From: the human T2T-CHM13v2.0 reference genome, Homo sapiens
Assembly: GCF_009914755.1 (NCBI RefSeq)
Contig: NC_060944.1
Length of the DNA: 64,000 nt
Strand: one strand, 5' to 3'
The notes below the pieces were generated by a model. The model was not told where the DNA came from and made no database searches. It worked only from the letters and a program-made list of their open reading frames with translations. Of this stretch, positions 59,426 to 64,000 are shown piece after piece. Numbering within the stretch: position 1 is the stretch's first letter; each line of letters starts with the position of its first letter. Made by a program: the position numbers and the translations under genes.

Positions 59426-60056
59426 TGATACCGGAGATAGAAATTATTTAGGCAGATATTCAGGGCAAAAGAGTCCTCGGCGGAATTTCCCTTCTAACAA
59501 AAAAGCAGCCCCAGAAATCATTTCTTTTCTAACAAAGAGCAGCCTGAAAAATCCAGCTGCAAACATAGATAAGGAAGCTGGAAGCTTGCACGGGGGAATG
59601 CTGGTAGCTGTGCCAATAGAGAAGGGCTAACTGGGGGCCAGGCATGTCTAACACGAGGCTCCATCTTCCCTTTTCTTTTACCACGTGTACAGTAATAAAG
59701 AAATGGGCAACATGGCACAGCTCAGGCAGAGAACTCGCCTGCATAATAAAAGACTGGGGTGGGGGTGCCGAGATTCATACCCTGTGCCAATGGCACACCT
59801 GGGTCCAACCAGTTTTTCACACCCTATGTAGATCAGACAGCACCTCCTCACCAGCTCATCTATAAAACTCCCTTGCATTTCACTGCAGATCCAGCAACCC
59901 ATTTTTCCAGGACCCCTCTTGTAGCAGAGCGCTATTCTCTTTCTTTCAACTATTAAATTTCTGCTCTTCACCTCACTCTTTGTGGGTCCCTGTCCTTGAT
60001 CTCCGTGACCATGAGACAACGAGCCTCGGGTGTTACCCCCAGACAAGCCTGCTTCT
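59426..60056 (+). mobile_element. ERV1 solo LTR, MER61-like
   Basis: TGATAC..AGAAATTATTTAGGCAGATA..GAGTCCTCGG start, CCCCAGACAA end, 4-bp TSD CCAC (59422-25 / 60057-60), ATTAAA near 3' end. Confidence 0.8.
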
Positions 60057-60661
60057 CCACCGCGTTCCCTGCCTCAGTGGCTGCCAGGTCCTGTGCCAAG
60101 CAGTTGGAGCATGCTCGCCACAGCTTCCACCCTGGCTACTGTTTTTACTGGACCAGCTGGTTTCGGTCGCCTTTTCACTTCCAGGTTTCTTGCTTCCACT
60201 CTTGCCCTCTATGGTTTTCTGCCAGCAACCAATGCAACCCTTTCAAAACAATCAGGTATCACCCTGTTAAAAACCCTGAGTCCCATTAAGAACAAAACCC
60301 AACCTTGTAACAGGGCCCTGCAGGATCCGGCCCCGCCTCTCCCATCTCATGTTCTGCTCCTCCCCCTTGCTCACTAATGCCGGCCACACCAGCCTTGCTG
60401 TCGGGGATGTTTCTTCTTCGCCAACTTCGCACGCCACAGCCTGCCTGGGATATACTCTCTTCATCTCCTGTGTTTCTGGTTTTCCTTCACATCTTCACTC
60501 ATCACTGTCTGAAACTGTCTTATGTTCCCCAGGAAAGTAAGCTTCATGTTCCCCTCTATTAGATCTCCAGTGCCCGGCGCATAGTGAGTACTAGTGTATT
60601 AGTCCGTTCTCACACTGCTGATAAAGACATACCCGAGACCGGGTAATTTATAAAGGAAAAG

Positions 60662-60667
60662 TTTAAT
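60662..60667 (-). terminator. ATTAAA poly(A) signal inside the THE1 LTR, candidate distal PAS of TP53RK
   Basis: Plus TTTAAT at the position of the native MaLR LTR PAS, followed by U/GU-rich sequence on minus. Confidence 0.65.
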
Positions 60668-60674
60668 AACTCAC

Positions 60675-60795
60675 AGTTCAGCATGGCTGGGGATGCCTCA
60701 GAAAACTTATAATCATGGCAGATGGGGAAACAAACACACCCTTCTCCACGTGGCAGCAGGAAGTGCCGAACAAGAGGGAAAAGCCCCTTATAAAA
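60675..60795 (-). promoter_or_regulatory. Candidate LTR promoter and non-coding first exon for a long SLC13A3 transcript
   Basis: TTTTATAAG TATA box 60795-60787, predicted TSS ~60762, donor ACT|GTGAGT at 60675/60674, second donor CGG|GTATGT at 60633/60632. Confidence 0.55.
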
Positions 60796-61547
60796 CCATC
60801 AGATCTCGTGAGAACTCACTCGCTATCACGAGAACAGCACGGAGGTAGCCGCCCCGAGGATTAAATTACCTCCCACTGGGTCCCTCCCATGTCACGTGGG
60901 GATTACGGGAACAATTCAAGATGAGATTTGGATGGGGACACAGCCAAACCCTATCAACTAGGGATTTGTTGACTTAATGCACACGAGCCAACCATACCCC
61001 AACAAAGCAGGTACTAGCCTTATAGTACACGTGAGGAAACTGAGGAATGAGGCATCTCATTCATGTTGGGAATATTAATTGAAAAACCTGTCAGCTCCTG
61101 TGGCCCTTGGAGTTCCTTGAAAATAATGTTATACGCCAATACTTATTATAGTACTGTAAAGATGCACCATATCCCATATCTCATTTGTCAGTGGAAAGAA
61201 CACAGATTTGGAGCCAGGTAAAAGTACCTCTTGCTACCTGTGACGTCTTGGACAAGTTCCCACCTTTTGGGGCCAGTTTCTCCATCTATAAAATGGGGAT
61301 AATGCCTAACTTAAGAGTTATTTTAGATCCAATATAAAAATTCCCAGCCCAATGCCTGGCATGCAGTAAGCAGGCAATTATATTATTTTTCCTCTCTACT
61401 AGTCACAACTACCCAGGAAGGGAAGTTTTCACTCATTCCTGGCCATCCGCCCCATGCTGGGCACTTGGGGCATGCTGACTGTGGTGAATGAAACAGACAG
61501 GGTACTGGTCCTACTATTATAGAATGTTTGCTTCATAAGAACAGGCA

Positions 61548-61910
61548 CTGACTGTATCATCTCTGAACACAATGGAATGAAGCTGGCAATAACAAAAGAA
61601 AAATTGGAACATTTACAAATGTGTGGAAATTAACAGATTTCTAAACAATCAAGGGGTCAAAGAAGAAATCACAAGGGAAATTAGAAAATACTTTGAGATG
61701 AATGAAAACAAAAACACAAAATACCAAAACTGAGAGTGTGTGATGACAACAGTGTGCAGAGGGAAATTCATAGCTGCAAATGTCCATATTAAGAAACAAG
61801 ACAGTAACTATGTGAGGTGATGGGTGTTAATTAGCTCAGCTGTAGCAATCATTTCATAATGTATATCAAAACATCCCACTGTATACTTTATACTTTTTTA
61901 TAAAAATAAA
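61548..61910 (+). mobile_element. L1 fragments inside the TP53RK 3' UTR
   Basis: GTCAAAGAAGAAATCACAAGGGAAATTAGAAAATACTTTGAGATGAATGAAAA (ORF2) followed by an L1M 3' end. Confidence 0.8.
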
Positions 61911-61955
61911 TATTCTTACAAAAGGACAGGCGCTGTGTCTGTCTGGCTCACCATT

Positions 61956-62007
61956 GTACCCAATACCCAACAGGGTGCCAAGTACCCAATACCCAACAGG
62001 GTGCCAA
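61956..62007. repeat. Perfect 26-bp tandem duplication in the TP53RK 3' UTR
   Basis: GTACCCAATACCCAACAGGGTGCCAA x2. Confidence 0.93.
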
Positions 62008-63031
62008 GGAACACAAAAGGCACTCAAAATATGTTTGTTGATTGGAGTTTACAAGGAAGAAAGGTATTTTCTTATCCCTCTCTTCCCTTCCCACCCAAAC
62101 ATAGCTTCTTCTAAGAAAAGAAACTGAGGCTGGGCAAGGTTAAAAGCTAGCTCCTGGTACTTTTGCATCCACACTCAGTTTACCTGTGCCTTAAACCAGA
62201 CTTCATCAAACTTCAGTCTTCACAAGTCACTTCACCATTTTTGCTCTACCTACTTACTGCCTGTGATAGAAATCAACTCAGTTTGTTTAGCGGTATAAAC
62301 TTAAAAGGAACTTTAGATCAATCACTTGTCTTAGAAGGTAACCACAAAAATACAAAGCAATAAAAATAAAAACATGTTAACATGAATTTCAGTTGCCTGA
62401 AAGCTGTAAGTCTGCTTTTTTAAAAGAGAAATTGGAGTTAAGCAGACTTTTCATTTTTTGATCATGACCCTGAAAGAGAAATATATTTGACATCAAAACT
62501 CAGCACATATCCTTGGTCTATATATACACGTGAAAGTTTCATAAAACAATACACTGATATTTTCCATGCTGTATTCTATTTCATTTTTTAAAATGCTGGT
62601 TGTATCCCATTAAACTGGTTTCAAAATAAATATAACATGTACACAACAACAACAAAAAAAAACACTGGGTTAGAGGGCCAGTAAGCTCAGCGAGTATCAG
62701 CAACTGAGACTTCATCCTTGTCTCACAAGGACTAAAAAGAGAATAATGTTCTCATTATGTGGTTCAATGCCACACCCATGTATCTGAGATATACATGTCA
62801 CAATCTGGGAGAAGCCTGTCCTCAATTTACTTTAAATACCCAATTCTGCCTAGAACATGACTTAGACACATAGTAAGCTCTTGAGTGAAGTGCAGATGAT
62901 AATGACACGATCACATACCACTTAAAAATATCTTAACACCTTTACTTAGATCTCATCTCATACTTGTAGCATTTCTTCAAATTTACTTTGAAAAAAGAGC
63001 TTCACTGTGTGTGGTTGTCATACACATTCTT

Positions 63032-63550
<519 letters not shown>

Positions 63551-63789
63551 TTAACGGGTAAACTTAATTTTCAAAGATTAAGCCAGTTTTTCCATCTATA
63601 TCTACTTATTTCAGGACTATTGAGGAATGCTACAGGAAATGGTACAACTGAACTCATCTGGAATATTCCCCTGCTCATGCCCACTGCAGGACTATGCCTG
63701 GGAACACCCCACAGCTAAACTGAGGAGGCCATAGCTTCCTCCTCCCTTCCAAACCACCCTTTCTCACTGGACTTCATTTGTCACACTCA

Positions 63790-64000
<211 letters not shown>

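Larger units (their letters stand above)
60595..60956 (-). mobile_element. THE1 (ERVL-MaLR) solo LTR
   Basis: Minus strand starts TGATAGGGTTTGGCTGTGTCCCC..CAAATCTCATCTTGAATTG and ends GGACTAATACA; perfect 5-bp TSD ACTAG (60590-60594 / 60957-60961). Confidence 0.93.
60645..63031 (-). other. TP53RK: Predicted TP53RK 3' UTR (~2.4 kb)
   Basis: Runs from the stop codon to ~15-20 nt past the first canonical minus-strand hexamer (ATTAAA 60667-60662). By eye only weak variants (AGTAAA, TATAAA, AATGAA) occur earlier. Confidence 0.65.

Overview
Human genomic DNA, repeat-rich, recognisable as the SLC13A3/TP53RK locus (20q13.12 from prior knowledge); both genes are on the minus strand. Only two coding exons are supported: SLC13A3 (NaDC3) coding exon 1 in a CpG island (27604-27494) and the last coding exon of TP53RK (63510-63032). 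Bases 1-27493 are SLC13A3 intron 1. The rest is Alu, L1, MIR/L2, LTR and DNA-transposon fossils plus tandem repeats; family names come from recalled consensus sequences, not a search. The most interesting structure is a THE1 solo LTR (60595-60956, minus). It holds the first canonical poly(A) signal downstream of the TP53RK stop, and also a TATA box and splice donors pointing into SLC13A3. It could therefore end TP53RK and start an exon-1-less SLC13A3 transcript that lacks the N-terminal basolateral sorting signal. Other notable items: a 1.5-kb AT-rich hairpin minisatellite with captured templated inserts, a ~1-kb tandem duplication with a probable gene-conversion tract, an old 210-bp dispersed duplication, and candidate STAT, p53 and CTCF sites.
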